A DNA stretch of 64,000 nucleotides from Bacteroidales bacterium (GTDB lineage Bacteria > Bacteroidota > Bacteroidia > Bacteroidales > WCHB1-69). This document shows positions 1 to 8,967 of this stretch, one piece after another. How positions within the stretch are numbered: position 1 is the stretch's first letter; every line of letters begins with the position of its first letter. The DNA lies in the NCBI GenBank assembly GCA_017443175.1, contig JAFSOZ010000011.1:26921-90920 (forward strand). The letters run 5' to 3'. The notes beneath the pieces were generated by a model. That model was not told the origin of the DNA. It saw only the letters and a program-made list of their open reading frames with translations, and made no database searches. The position numbers and the translations under genes are program-made.

Positions 1-18
1 CATAAAAATCCAATCACA

Positions 19-948
19 ATGTTCAAGGTTCCTGTATTGCTCATCCTTTACAACAGGACAGAGGAAACGCACAAAGTATTCCAGATCCTGCGCACCGTGC
101 AGCCCACCACACTGTATGTGGCCGGCGATGGCCCGAAGCCAGACAACATGATTGATCGCCTTCATGTCTATCAGGCACAAAGCGTCATCCAGCCGGAATG
201 GCCTTGCCAGGTACACCATCTGTGGCAGGAAAACCATCTGGGCAAGTCCAAGATGATCGAGACCGCCATCCGCTGGTTTTTCAGCCAGGAGGAGGAGGGT
301 ATCATCCTTTTCGACGACACACAACCCAGCTACGACTTCTTCCCCTACTGTGAAGAGTTGCTGAGCAAATACAGGAACGATGAACGTGTTTACAGCATCG
401 GTGGCACCTATCTGCGGCACCGGAGCCGGAAACGCTACAGCAAGCGGATCAAGAAAGGCGGAAGTTCCTACTTCTTCTCGGCATACGCCGCCACCTGGGG
501 CTTCGCCACCTGGCGCAACCGGATGAACGACTTCTCCCTGTCCATGGATCAGTACAGCAATGAAGATTTTGCAAAAATCGTGGACCCATACATGAAGAAG
601 CAAAATCACAAGAACTATTGGGTACGCCGTTTCACCAGCATCAAGAAAAACAACGCCAACTACTGGGACTACCAGTACAATCTGCACGTATGGTCGCACA
701 AGGGCATCTGCATCACGCCCTACCTGAACCTGACCACCAACATCGGATTCAAGCAGAAGAACCAACGGAAAACCCGTAGGCTGAAACGCAACGCCTATCC
801 CATCATGCCGCTGGTCCATCCCACTGAAATCGTGCAGAACAACAAAGAGGACAAATACATGTTCCGCCATATCTTCAAAAGAGCGTATCTGTACCTTTTC
901 CGCGACTGGTTGAAGGAAATTCTGCCCAATAAAAACAATTTGGACTGA
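19..948 (+). CDS. nucleotide-diphospho-sugar transferase-like protein (GNT-I/HlpA-like family)
   Basis: 309-aa ORF. The N-terminus PVLLILYNRTEET...LYVAGDGPK resembles the glycosyltransferase-like fold of HlpA-type proteins. Family recalled from memory only. Confidence 0.45.
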   Translation: MFKVPVLLILYNRTEETHKVFQILRTVQPTTLYVAGDGPKPDNMIDRLHVYQAQSVIQPEWPCQVHHLWQENHLGKSKMIETAIRWFFSQEEEGIILFDDTQPSYDFFPYCEELLSKYRNDERVYSIGGTYLRHRSRKRYSKRIKKGGSSYFFSAYAATWGFATWRNRMNDFSLSMDQYSNEDFAKIVDPYMKKQNHKNYWVRRFTSIKKNNANYWDYQYNLHVWSHKGICITPYLNLTTNIGFKQKNQRKTRRLKRNAYPIMPLVHPTEIVQNNKEDKYMFRHIFKRAYLYLFRDWLKEILPNKNNLD

Positions 949-975
949 TTTCCACCTATTCTTCAAAAAAAAGTG

Positions 976-983
976 TATTTTTG
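976..983 (+). promoter_or_regulatory. Bacteroidetes-type -7 box (TATTTTTG)
   Basis: Matches TAnnTTTG, 28 nt upstream of the ATG at 1011. Confidence 0.5.
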
Positions 984-1010
984 CGCCCTCAAAAAAACAG
1001 ATAAAAAATT

Positions 1011-1715
1011 ATGGCAAATAACGAGAAATTAGGCTCTAAGAAAATGGAGCAAGAAGCTGAAAAAGAGAATTTCGTAACCAAAACACTGGCTTTTTTCAAC
1101 AAATATCAAAACATTATCTACGGTGTTATCATCGGCCTGCTGGTCATTGCATGTGCCATCATCGCCTTCAACAGATTCTACATCCAGAAAAAGAATGCTG
1201 AGGCTTCCGCACAGATTGTGAGACCCATCAGCCTGTTCATGCTGGGCGACACCACTTCATTGAACCTCGCCCTCGAAGGTGACGACGAGAACGACGGCTT
1301 CCTCACCATCGCCAGCGACTACAAACTCACCCGCACCGCCAACACCGCCAACTACTACGCCGGTCTTACCTACCTGAAGCTGGGTCAGAAAGACGAAGCC
1401 ATGGATTACCTCAAGAAATTCAAAAAGAAAGAGGATGTGCTTTGGTATGCTTGCCAGATGACCATCGGCGACCTGTACGACGACCAAGGCGACGAGGCCA
1501 GCGCCATCAAATATTATGAGAAGGCCTCCAAAAGCAAAGATCCGCTCTTCACTCCGACCGCATTGTTCAAACTGGGACAGATGTATGAAAGACAGGAGAA
1601 ATGGAACGAGGCTCTGAAAGCTTACAAAGAGATCGAAAACAGATTCTATGCTGAATACAACAAGATGAGCATCGCCCAATATGTGGAGCGTGCCCAGTCC
1701 AAAGTTTCCAAATAA
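1011..1715 (+). CDS. TPR-repeat membrane-anchored protein
   Basis: One N-terminal TM helix followed by TPR-like repeats (YYAGLTYLKLGQKDEAMDYL, LFKLGQMYERQEKWNEALKAY). Its stop overlaps the ribH start (TAATG). Confidence 0.6.
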   Translation: MANNEKLGSKKMEQEAEKENFVTKTLAFFNKYQNIIYGVIIGLLVIACAIIAFNRFYIQKKNAEASAQIVRPISLFMLGDTTSLNLALEGDDENDGFLTIASDYKLTRTANTANYYAGLTYLKLGQKDEAMDYLKKFKKKEDVLWYACQMTIGDLYDDQGDEASAIKYYEKASKSKDPLFTPTALFKLGQMYERQEKWNEALKAYKEIENRFYAEYNKMSIAQYVERAQSKVSK

Positions 1716-2212
1716 TGACTGAAAAGAAGAAAAATTTATCAGAGTTCGCCCCTTTTAAATTTAATTCTGCTCAAAACATAAGAATCGGTATTGTGGTCAG
1801 TGAATGGAATGACCGCATTACCGATTCTCTTTTACATGGGGCGCTGGAGTCGTTGCATGAGCAGAATGTCCCACAGGACAACATCCTGGTGCATCATGTG
1901 CCCGGCAGTTACGAGTTGCCCTCCGGGGCGGACATGCTGTTTCGCATGGCCCATGTAGATGCCGTCATCTGCATCGGATGCATCATCCAAGGCGAAACGC
2001 GCCACTTTGAGTTCATCGCCCAGGCCGTGGCCAAAGGCATCATGGACGTGGGCCTGAAGCATGGCAAGCCCGCCATCTTCAGCGTGCTCACCTGCGACAC
2101 CATGCAACAGGCAGAGGACCGCGCCGGTGGCAAGCACGGCAACAAGGGCGTGGAAGGTGCCGTGTCCTGCATGAAGATGATTGACCTGCAAAGAAATCTT
2201 AACAACAAATAA
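1715..2212 (+). CDS. ribH: 6,7-dimethyl-8-ribityllumazine synthase
   Basis: 165 aa. RIGIVVSEWNDRIT, VPGSYELP and GETRHFEFI motifs are typical of RibH. Confidence 0.9.
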   Translation: MTEKKKNLSEFAPFKFNSAQNIRIGIVVSEWNDRITDSLLHGALESLHEQNVPQDNILVHHVPGSYELPSGADMLFRMAHVDAVICIGCIIQGETRHFEFIAQAVAKGIMDVGLKHGKPAIFSVLTCDTMQQAEDRAGGKHGNKGVEGAVSCMKMIDLQRNLNNK

Positions 2213-2220
2213 CAACAGCC

Positions 2221-3174
2221 ATGAGAGTAGTATTCATGGGCACACCGGAGTTCGCCGTCACCATCCTCGACCGGATCATCCAAGAGGGACATGAGGTTGT
2301 GGGTGTGGTCACCACGCCCGACAAACCCGCTGGACGCGGGCAACACATACACTTCTCCGATGTGAAAAGATATGCCCTGGAACACAACCTGTTTCTGATG
2401 CAACCGGAGAAAATGAAAGACGAGGCATTCGTCGCGCAGCTCCAGTCGTTGAACGCCGACGTGTTCGTGGTGGTCGCTTTCCGCATGTTGCCCAAGGTGG
2501 TCTATGCCATGCCGCCGAAGGGCACGTTCAACGTGCATGCCTCCTTGCTGCCGCAATACCGGGGCGCCGCGCCCATCCAATGGGCTGTCATCAATGGGGA
2601 AACGGAAACGGGCGTCACCACGTTCCTGCTGGACGAACACACCGACACGGGCGCCATCATCCGGCAGTCAGCCGTGGAAATCACGCGTGAGGACACCGCA
2701 GGCACCTTGCACGACAAGCTCATGTTCGCCGGTGCAGACATCGCCGTGGAGACCCTGCGCGATTTGGCATCGGGAGACTTCACCCCGATGCCACAGACCG
2801 GGGAGGCGGAGCTAAAACCCGCCCCGAAAATCTTCAAGGAGGACATGCTCATCCACTGGGATGACACTGCCGAAAGAATTTACAACAAAATCCGCGGACT
2901 CTCCCCATACCCGGCCGCATTCTCCAGAATACAGTTCAACGGCAACACTCCCCGGACCCTCTCACTGAAAATTCTGGGATGCGAAATCACGGACATCAAA
3001 AGTGCTGAAAAGCCCGGAAACATCACCATTGTTAATGACAAACAGCTGCTCATTTCCACCAAAACCCGCGACATTTCTGTCAAAATACTGCAATTAGAGG
3101 GCAAAAAGCCGATGGATGTGAAAAATTTCCTGCTGGGTTTCAGGCATACAGATTACACTTTATTTTTATTTTAG
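2221..3174 (+). CDS. fmt: methionyl-tRNA formyltransferase
   Basis: MRVVFMGTPEFAV N-terminus, NVHASLLPQYRGAAPIQWA catalytic motif, 317 aa. Confidence 0.92.
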   Translation: MRVVFMGTPEFAVTILDRIIQEGHEVVGVVTTPDKPAGRGQHIHFSDVKRYALEHNLFLMQPEKMKDEAFVAQLQSLNADVFVVVAFRMLPKVVYAMPPKGTFNVHASLLPQYRGAAPIQWAVINGETETGVTTFLLDEHTDTGAIIRQSAVEITREDTAGTLHDKLMFAGADIAVETLRDLASGDFTPMPQTGEAELKPAPKIFKEDMLIHWDDTAERIYNKIRGLSPYPAAFSRIQFNGNTPRTLSLKILGCEITDIKSAEKPGNITIVNDKQLLISTKTRDISVKILQLEGKKPMDVKNFLLGFRHTDYTLFLF

Positions 3175-3267
3175 TGTAATTTTTAACGAAATACAGATTC
3201 GTAATAAACAGGCATTGTTAAAAAACGCACATAATGAAAAAAGAGAGGTAATGTTTGCAATTTCTAT

Positions 3268-3275
3268 TAACTTTG
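3268..3275 (+). promoter_or_regulatory. -7 box (TAACTTTG)
   Basis: TAnnTTTG match 42 nt upstream of the HU start. A TTTG lies at 3254-3257. Confidence 0.45.
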
Positions 3276-3316
3276 CCGTCACAAAAACGTATTAACCTTA
3301 TTAAACCTTAAAAGTT

Positions 3317-3580
3317 ATGAATAAAAGTGAATTAATCAATGCAATGGCTGAAAAAGCCGGTTTGACAAAAGTTCAAGCTAAAAACGCTCTCGACGCTTTC
3401 ATGGGCGCTACGGGTGAGACCTTGAAAAAGGGTGGTAAACTTTCTTTAGTTGGTTTCGGTACTTTCGAAGTGAAAGAACGCGCCAAGAGAAAAGGTCACA
3501 ACCCCAGAACCAACAAGGCTATCACCATTCCCGCCAAGAAAGTTGTCAAATTCAAACCGGGTGCTGGCTTGAAATTCTAA
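3317..3580 (+). CDS. HU family DNA-binding protein
   Basis: 87 aa. MNKSELINAMAEKAGLTK...GFGTFEVKERAKRKGHNPRT is the canonical HU/IHF fold signature. Confidence 0.92.
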   Translation: MNKSELINAMAEKAGLTKVQAKNALDAFMGATGETLKKGGKLSLVGFGTFEVKERAKRKGHNPRTNKAITIPAKKVVKFKPGAGLKF

Positions 3581-3600
3581 TTTCGAACCATTGTCAATAT

Positions 3601-3630
3601 AAAAAAGCCCTTGAATCAAGGGCTTTTTTT
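3601..3630. terminator. intrinsic terminator hairpin flanked by an A-run and a T-run
   Basis: gccctt (3607-3612) pairs with aagggc (3618-3623) around a 5-nt loop, followed by T7 and preceded by A6. This makes it potentially bidirectional. Confidence 0.75.
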
Positions 3631-3643
3631 AATATCTCCGAAC

Positions 3644-4336
3644 ATGATGCAAATAGAAGATTCTGAAAAACGCCGGGCGCTGATCGCGCATTTGGAACAA
3701 TTTGTGACAGACACGAGAAAAGAGCGTCTGGAAGAGGTGCTCGCCAATCGCACGCGCCACGTGACCGTGGTGCTGGAGGACCTGTATCAGACACAGAACA
3801 TCAGCGCAGTGATGCGCAGCTGCGAATGCTACGGCATCCAGGATGCCTACATTGTGGAAAACCGCAACGAGTTTGAGATCCACAAGGACATCAGCATGGG
3901 CGCTGACAAGTGGCTCACGCTGCATCACTACCCACACGCGGAGCACAACATGAAACAATGTATTGACGACCTGCACGCCAAAGGCTACACCGTGGTGGCC
4001 ACCCTGCCCGACGAGAAGAAAACCACCATCCAGGATCTGCCCATCGACCGGAAAACAGCATTTTTGTTCGGCACGGAACTCACGGGGCTATCAGAAGAGG
4101 CTGTGCAATATGCAGACTGCAACGCCCTGATCCCGATGTACGGGTTCACGGAGAGTTTCAACATCTCCAACTCGGCGGCCATCATCCTTTCCCACTTTTC
4201 GGAACGCCTGCGCCACTCGGATGTGGATTGGCATCTTAGCGAAGAGGAACGTGAAGTGTTGTATTTTGATTGGCTGCAGAAGAGTGTGCGCGACCCGGAG
4301 GGTATTATCCGGCATTATCTGGCGACGCATCCGTAG
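3644..4336 (+). CDS. SpoU/TrmH-family tRNA/rRNA 2'-O-ribose methyltransferase
   Basis: RLEEVLANRTRHVTVVLEDLYQTQNISAVMRSCECYGI and FGTELTGLS...IPMYGFTESFNISNSAAI motifs. The start is placed at ATG 3644 because the tracked TTG start (3611) lies inside the HU terminator. Confidence 0.8.
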   Translation: MMQIEDSEKRRALIAHLEQFVTDTRKERLEEVLANRTRHVTVVLEDLYQTQNISAVMRSCECYGIQDAYIVENRNEFEIHKDISMGADKWLTLHHYPHAEHNMKQCIDDLHAKGYTVVATLPDEKKTTIQDLPIDRKTAFLFGTELTGLSEEAVQYADCNALIPMYGFTESFNISNSAAIILSHFSERLRHSDVDWHLSEEEREVLYFDWLQKSVRDPEGIIRHYLATHP

Positions 4337-4907
4337 CCGTTTCCCCCATTTCCTTTTTCCAATTGAAATAGCCCATCACAGCCACAGCGGTATAAACTGC
4401 AAAGAGCACGGCGGTGGGATAAAGCCCTTTCCATACGTAGAGGCACAGCGACACGGCGTTGACCACCACCCAAAGCAGCCACTGTTCCAGCTGTTTTTGG
4501 GCGAGCATCCACATGGCCACCACACTCAAGGCGGTGGTAAACGCATCGCCCCAGGGCACGGGGCTGTCGGTAAAGCGTCGCAACACGAGGAAAATGGCAA
4601 GCCACAGGGCGGCAGACACCAGCGCCAAAGGCAGAATCTGCCGCTTGGGGGTATGCACAATGCGCAACGGCACAGATTCACCCTTCTGATTGTCTTTGCT
4701 CCGAAGCCAGGCAACCAAGCCGTACACATTGGCCCCGATGTAGTACAGATACACGGCGGCATCGGCGTAAAACTTGCCATGGAAGAAAATCACCACATAG
4801 AAGAGAGACATCACAATGCCCACGGGCCACAACCACACATTGGCCTTGTACTCCAAATAGAGATACAGCAGACCAATGCACGCGCCGATGATTTCAAGTG
4901 CATTCAA
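4305..4907 (-). CDS. pnuC: nicotinamide riboside transporter PnuC
   Basis: EIIGACIGLLYLYLEYKANVWLWPVGI...WLLWVVVNAVS is typical PnuC. I prefer the in-frame TTG at 4907 (200 aa) because a -7 box lies inside the longer tracked ORF (to 5015). The 3' end overlaps the trmH-like gene convergently by 32 nt. Confidence 0.75.
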   Translation of the reverse strand: MNALEIIGACIGLLYLYLEYKANVWLWPVGIVMSLFYVVIFFHGKFYADAAVYLYYIGANVYGLVAWLRSKDNQKGESVPLRIVHTPKRQILPLALVSAALWLAIFLVLRRFTDSPVPWGDAFTTALSVVAMWMLAQKQLEQWLLWVVVNAVSLCLYVWKGLYPTAVLFAVYTAVAVMGYFNWKKEMGETATDASPDNAG

Positions 4908-4927
4908 TTTGATTAAAAATTTGAATG

Positions 4928-4935
4928 CAAATATA
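4928..4935 (-). promoter_or_regulatory. -7 box (TATATTTG on minus strand)
   Basis: The reverse complement of caaatata is TAnnTTTG, 21 nt upstream of the TTG at 4907. Confidence 0.4.
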
Positions 4936-5043
4936 GGAAAATTTGAGACTTCAGAATTATCCCATTGTTTTAAAAAAAATGTTATTATTGCAGCGTATTT
5001 TTTCAACTTTTGCATTATAAACAGTAATTAATATTTCATAATT

Positions 5044-6435
5044 ATGAAGAAAACTTACATACCCGCGTTTATTGCCCTATCTTTAATGTTGATTCTAACA
5101 GGATGTCACAAAAAACATTTCATTGTGGGAAAATCAAGCAACGACGAATGGGGAATAGTAACGGGCTCCGGTACTTACCACGATGGTGAAACAGCCATTT
5201 TAACTGCCATTCCTACGAATGGATATTATTTTCTTGGATGGGATGATGGTGACACCACCAATCCTCGTTCCTTGCTTGTCAATAACGATGCTACTTTCAC
5301 AGCCATATTCAGCGACACTCCGTTCGGAATTTTCAATGGTGAACCAATTCAAATCAGTGGCAAAATATGTAACGACCAGATATGGCAGGATTTAGGGCTT
5401 GATGTAGATTACATTATTGATGAAACAGTGTATATTGGCTGTGATGCCACCGTAAAGGTAATGCCTGGTGTCACCATTATGTTCACAGGCCCCGAGGGAA
5501 ATCTGGAGGTAATAGATAATGGCGCATTGACTATGATTGGCACCATGGAGAAACCAATAGTACTTCGCGGACCAGACGTCAAGTCCCTTATCGGATACTG
5601 GGGGCATGTGGTAGTGAACACCACCAGACCCGAAAACAAATTCGAGTGGGTTAATATCATACATGCTGGTAGTAATAGTGACCTTCATTATGGCGCGCTC
5701 AAATTGCGCGGAACTCTATCCATGACCGATTGTACGATTGATGGCAGCAGAGGTGCTGGATTAGTCACTGAAAGTGGAAGCTATTTTACTCAACTTAAGG
5801 ACAATAAGATTATTCACTGCCAAGGATATCCCTGGGTTTCATCTAGTTTCCCAGCATTATATAAAAACATTGGTTCTAACTCTTTGTATGACTTCGACGA
5901 ACCCTATGGTAAAATATATATTGACTTGGATCACTACGAAATCAATAATGATGTTACACTGAAAACCTATCGATTATACTTCCCTCATGGTTTCAGTTTC
6001 GAGGGCACCGGAACGCTAACATTTAATGGGGCAAACAGCTATGTAGGTGAAGGTCAACAGTTGAGAGTGGGGAAAAACTTGAATTTTCGGGTTTATTCAA
6101 CCTTTTTTGCCGGATTAAGTACTCCTGCAAGATGGAATGGCTTGATTTTTGAAAGCGAACGAAGTAATAACCTTTTAAACGATGTTTGGTTTATTAACTG
6201 TGGGGGTTTTTGCCTGAAAGTGACGGAAAATGCCAAATTGTCAATCACTTCAAGTAAATTGGGCCCATGCGTAGGCGGTGCTGGTATTTGGATTGAGAAT
6301 ATTGAGACTTGGGGCAACGTCTTTCACAGCAATATTGAAAATTTCTCTTGTCCCCATATTGCTCACATAGAACATGGTGGAACCTACAATGGTCAAACTT
6401 ATCAGGACAACACAAATCTCAACTATCTTCCATAA
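5044..6435 (+). CDS. lipoprotein with an InlB B-repeat-like domain and a predicted beta-helix
   Basis: Lipoprotein signal MKKTYIPAFIALSLMLILTGC. GSGTYHDGETAILTAIPTNGYYFLGWDDG resembles the Listeria/Bacteroides (InlB B) repeat. The remainder is rich in G/N/T repeats, suggesting a parallel beta-helix. The gene is visibly AT-rich. Confidence 0.5.
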   Translation: MKKTYIPAFIALSLMLILTGCHKKHFIVGKSSNDEWGIVTGSGTYHDGETAILTAIPTNGYYFLGWDDGDTTNPRSLLVNNDATFTAIFSDTPFGIFNGEPIQISGKICNDQIWQDLGLDVDYIIDETVYIGCDATVKVMPGVTIMFTGPEGNLEVIDNGALTMIGTMEKPIVLRGPDVKSLIGYWGHVVVNTTRPENKFEWVNIIHAGSNSDLHYGALKLRGTLSMTDCTIDGSRGAGLVTESGSYFTQLKDNKIIHCQGYPWVSSSFPALYKNIGSNSLYDFDEPYGKIYIDLDHYEINNDVTLKTYRLYFPHGFSFEGTGTLTFNGANSYVGEGQQLRVGKNLNFRVYSTFFAGLSTPARWNGLIFESERSNNLLNDVWFINCGGFCLKVTENAKLSITSSKLGPCVGGAGIWIENIETWGNVFHSNIENFSCPHIAHIEHGGTYNGQTYQDNTNLNYLP

Positions 6436-6455
6436 ATAATTATTCACATTTTTTG

Positions 6456-6463
6456 TATCTTTG
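6456..6463 (+). promoter_or_regulatory. -7 box (TATCTTTG)
   Basis: TAnnTTTG match 29 nt upstream of ATG 6492. It lies inside the longer tracked ORF, which supports the shorter start. Confidence 0.5.
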
Positions 6464-6491
6464 CAGCTGGAATAAAAAACTGTATTTCAAT

Positions 6492-6809
6492 ATGGCAAAC
6501 ATTGATTTTCAAGGCAAAACCTACGAATTGGACGGCGACGGCTTCATGCTGAAACCCGAAGAATGGACCGAAGAACTGGCAGCTGAAATCGCCAAAGTTG
6601 ACGGCATCAACGAACTGACGGAGAACCACTGGAAAGTAATCCACTGCATCCGTGAAAATTACGAAGAGAAAGGCATCGCCCCGATGGTGCGCACCATCTG
6701 CAAAACGGCTGACCTCAAGTTGAAAGAGATCTACGAACTCTTCCCGTTAGGTCCCGCCAGAGGCGCCTGCCGCGTGGCCGGTCTGCCCAAACCCGAAGGT
6801 TGTGTATAA
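6492..6809 (+). CDS. DsrC/TusE-family sulfur-relay protein with the two-cysteine C-terminal arm
   Basis: 105 aa. The C-terminus LFPLGPARGACRVAGLPKPEGCV carries both the penultimate Cys and a second Cys separated by 10 residues (CX10C). That is the DsrC-type arm, not the single-Cys TusE type. Confidence 0.8.
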   Translation: MANIDFQGKTYELDGDGFMLKPEEWTEELAAEIAKVDGINELTENHWKVIHCIRENYEEKGIAPMVRTICKTADLKLKEIYELFPLGPARGACRVAGLPKPEGCV

Positions 6810-6828
6810 TCCATAAGCACCATACACC

Positions 6829-7470
6829 ATGTCCATCATGCAAATCATCGCCATCGCAGCGGCAGCATTCTGCCTCTGCGGTTTGCTTGTGCACTTCATT
6901 CGCATCGTGCGCCTTGGCAAACCCAATGATATGTCGGAAAAGAGCGGCGATACCACCAAAGGCATCGTCTATGCCAACACCACGGCCATGCTGCCGCAGA
7001 ACAAGGAATCGGCCTACCTGCACATACCCGGCTACGCAGCCGGCATGCTGTTCCACATCGGCACTTTCCTCTGCCTGCTCATTTTCCTGCTCTCCTTGTT
7101 CCCGTTCTTCAACCACTGGATTGAGGGCAGCACACTGCGTTTCATCATCGCGGCCGGACTCGCCGTTACCTGCGTGTGCGGGTACATCCTGCTCATCAGA
7201 AGGGCATTATCCAAAGACCTCAAGGGCTTTTCCAACCCCGACGACTACATCTCCAACGCGCTGACCTCCACATTCCAGCTGTTCACCATTCTCTATCTGA
7301 TATGGCCGGCCTGCAGCTGCAGTATAACTCTGTATTACATCGTCTGCGCAGTGCTGTTTGTCTATATGCCGTTCGGCAAATTGAGACATCTGGTGTACTA
7401 TTTCGCCGCCCGCTACCATCTGGGCTTCTTTTACGGCTGGCGCAACGTATGGCCCAAACACGAAGATTAA
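6829..7470 (+). CDS. five-TM membrane protein, NarI/DsrM-like (putative di-heme cytochrome b)
   Basis: 213 aa with about 5 predicted TM helices. His pairs lie at H65/H76 and H187/H197. The C-terminal MPFGKLRHLVYYF resembles the P-F-x-K/R-L-x-H motif of nitrate reductase gamma-type subunits. The assignment is inferential. Confidence 0.4.
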   Translation: MSIMQIIAIAAAAFCLCGLLVHFIRIVRLGKPNDMSEKSGDTTKGIVYANTTAMLPQNKESAYLHIPGYAAGMLFHIGTFLCLLIFLLSLFPFFNHWIEGSTLRFIIAAGLAVTCVCGYILLIRRALSKDLKGFSNPDDYISNALTSTFQLFTILYLIWPACSCSITLYYIVCAVLFVYMPFGKLRHLVYYFAARYHLGFFYGWRNVWPKHED

Positions 7471-7485
7471 CCATCATATTTCATC

Positions 7486-8892
7486 ATGAAACTGGACTTT
7501 TTAGGGGCAACCGAAGAGGTTACCGGTAGCAAATTCCTGCTCACCTCCAAAAAGGGAGTCAAAATCCTTTTGGACTGCGGCATGTACCAAGGCAAGGGCT
7601 TGGAAACCGACGGCATGAACCGTGATTTGGGCTTTGACCCGAAAGAAATCGACTTTCTGTTGCTTTCGCACGCCCACATCGACCATTCGGGGTTGATACC
7701 ATATATATATAAGATGGGATTCCGGGGCAAGGTTTTCTGCACTCCGGCCACCCGCGACCTGTGCGCTATCATGCTGGCTGATTCAGGACGTATCCAAGAG
7801 GCTGATGCCAAACAGTTCAACAAGAAAATCGAGCGCGTCAACAAGAAACCCATAGAGCCTATCTATACGGAGAAGGACGCCGCCGAATGCATGACGCAGT
7901 TCATCAGCATCCCGCGCGAGCTCACCTTCAACATCACGCCGGAAGTGTCCATCTGTTTCCATGAAACCGGCCACATGTTAGGCAGCAGTGCCATCTACAT
8001 CACCTTCAAGGAGGGGCGCAAAACCCGCACTTTGTGCTACACCGGTGACATCGGGCGGTACAACAAGCGCATCCTTCCCGACCCTGAACCGTTCCCGCAC
8101 GCCGACTACATCATCACCGAATCCACCTACGGCGATCGACTCCACACCACTTTGGACGAGGCCGACCAGGAGTTGATGTTAGTGGTGAAGGACGCCTGCG
8201 CCAAAAGGAGAGGCAAGCTGCTTATCCCCTCGTTCGCCATTGGCAGAACTCAGGAAATTGTCTATTCACTGCACCGTCTGAAACTGGCCGGAGATCTTCC
8301 CGACATCGAAATCTTTGTCGATAGCCCGCTCGCCTGTTCCGCCACGAACATCTACCGGCTGCACGACGAGAACTTCAACGCCGACATCCGGCAGTTCATG
8401 GAGACAACCAAGGATCCGTTCGGTTTCGACAACCTCACCTACGTGCGCACGATTGACGACTCCAAGCGACTCAACACCTACAACCGTCCCTGCATCATCA
8501 TTTCCGCCTCGGGCATGATGGAGGCCGGACGTATCAAGCACCACCTGGCCAACAACATCGAGGATCCGAAGACCACGATACTCTGCGTCGGATACTGTTC
8601 ACCCACCACCTTGGGAGCCAAAATCATGCGCGGCGACAAGAAAGTCTCCATTTTCGGCGAGATTTACGATGTGAAAGCCCAGCTGGCCCGCATCGATGCC
8701 TATTCCGGCCACGCCGACTACAGTGAGCTCATCCAATATCTTTCATGCCAGAAAGGCAACCGCCGCCTGAAGAAGATCTTCATCGTGCATGGCGAGGACG
8801 ACGCGCGCAAGGCATACGTCAAACACCTGGCCGACGCAGGATTCAAGAAAACGCAGATACCGATGTTCAGAGAAAGCGTGGAACTTGTATAG
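7486..8892 (+). CDS. MBL-fold beta-CASP hydrolase (RNA-metabolising metallo-beta-lactamase family)
   Basis: LLSHAHIDHSG motif 2, later ETGHMLGS, ESTYG and YSGHAD motifs, 468 aa. Confidence 0.85.
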   Translation: MKLDFLGATEEVTGSKFLLTSKKGVKILLDCGMYQGKGLETDGMNRDLGFDPKEIDFLLLSHAHIDHSGLIPYIYKMGFRGKVFCTPATRDLCAIMLADSGRIQEADAKQFNKKIERVNKKPIEPIYTEKDAAECMTQFISIPRELTFNITPEVSICFHETGHMLGSSAIYITFKEGRKTRTLCYTGDIGRYNKRILPDPEPFPHADYIITESTYGDRLHTTLDEADQELMLVVKDACAKRRGKLLIPSFAIGRTQEIVYSLHRLKLAGDLPDIEIFVDSPLACSATNIYRLHDENFNADIRQFMETTKDPFGFDNLTYVRTIDDSKRLNTYNRPCIIISASGMMEAGRIKHHLANNIEDPKTTILCVGYCSPTTLGAKIMRGDKKVSIFGEIYDVKAQLARIDAYSGHADYSELIQYLSCQKGNRRLKKIFIVHGEDDARKAYVKHLADAGFKKTQIPMFRESVELV

Positions 8893-8920
8893 TTAATAGT
8901 TAATAGTTTATAGATAATAG
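8890..8920 (+). repeat. heptamer tandem repeat starting at the stop codon (TAG|TTAATAG|TTAATAG|TTTATAG|ATAATAG)
   Basis: Read directly. Four 7-nt units follow TAG 8890-8892 and give stop codons in all three frames. The first 21 nt recur at 22089-22109 on the minus strand. Confidence 0.8.
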
Positions 8921-8967
8921 TTATCAATGAACAGCCCCGTCAGGGGCTAAAGCTTGGTAAAAAAAAC

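Noticed and set aside
4221-4916. 231-aa plus-strand ORF overlapping pnuC
   Set aside because: It is antisense to a clear PnuC gene. The product is rich in H/G/R/Q low-complexity sequence and no family is recognised.
6348-6491. 48-codon N-terminal extension of the DsrC-like ORF
   Set aside because: A TAnnTTTG box (6456-6463) lies inside it. The extension overlaps the end of the lipoprotein gene, and DsrC/TusE proteins are about 105-110 aa. ATG 6492 was chosen.
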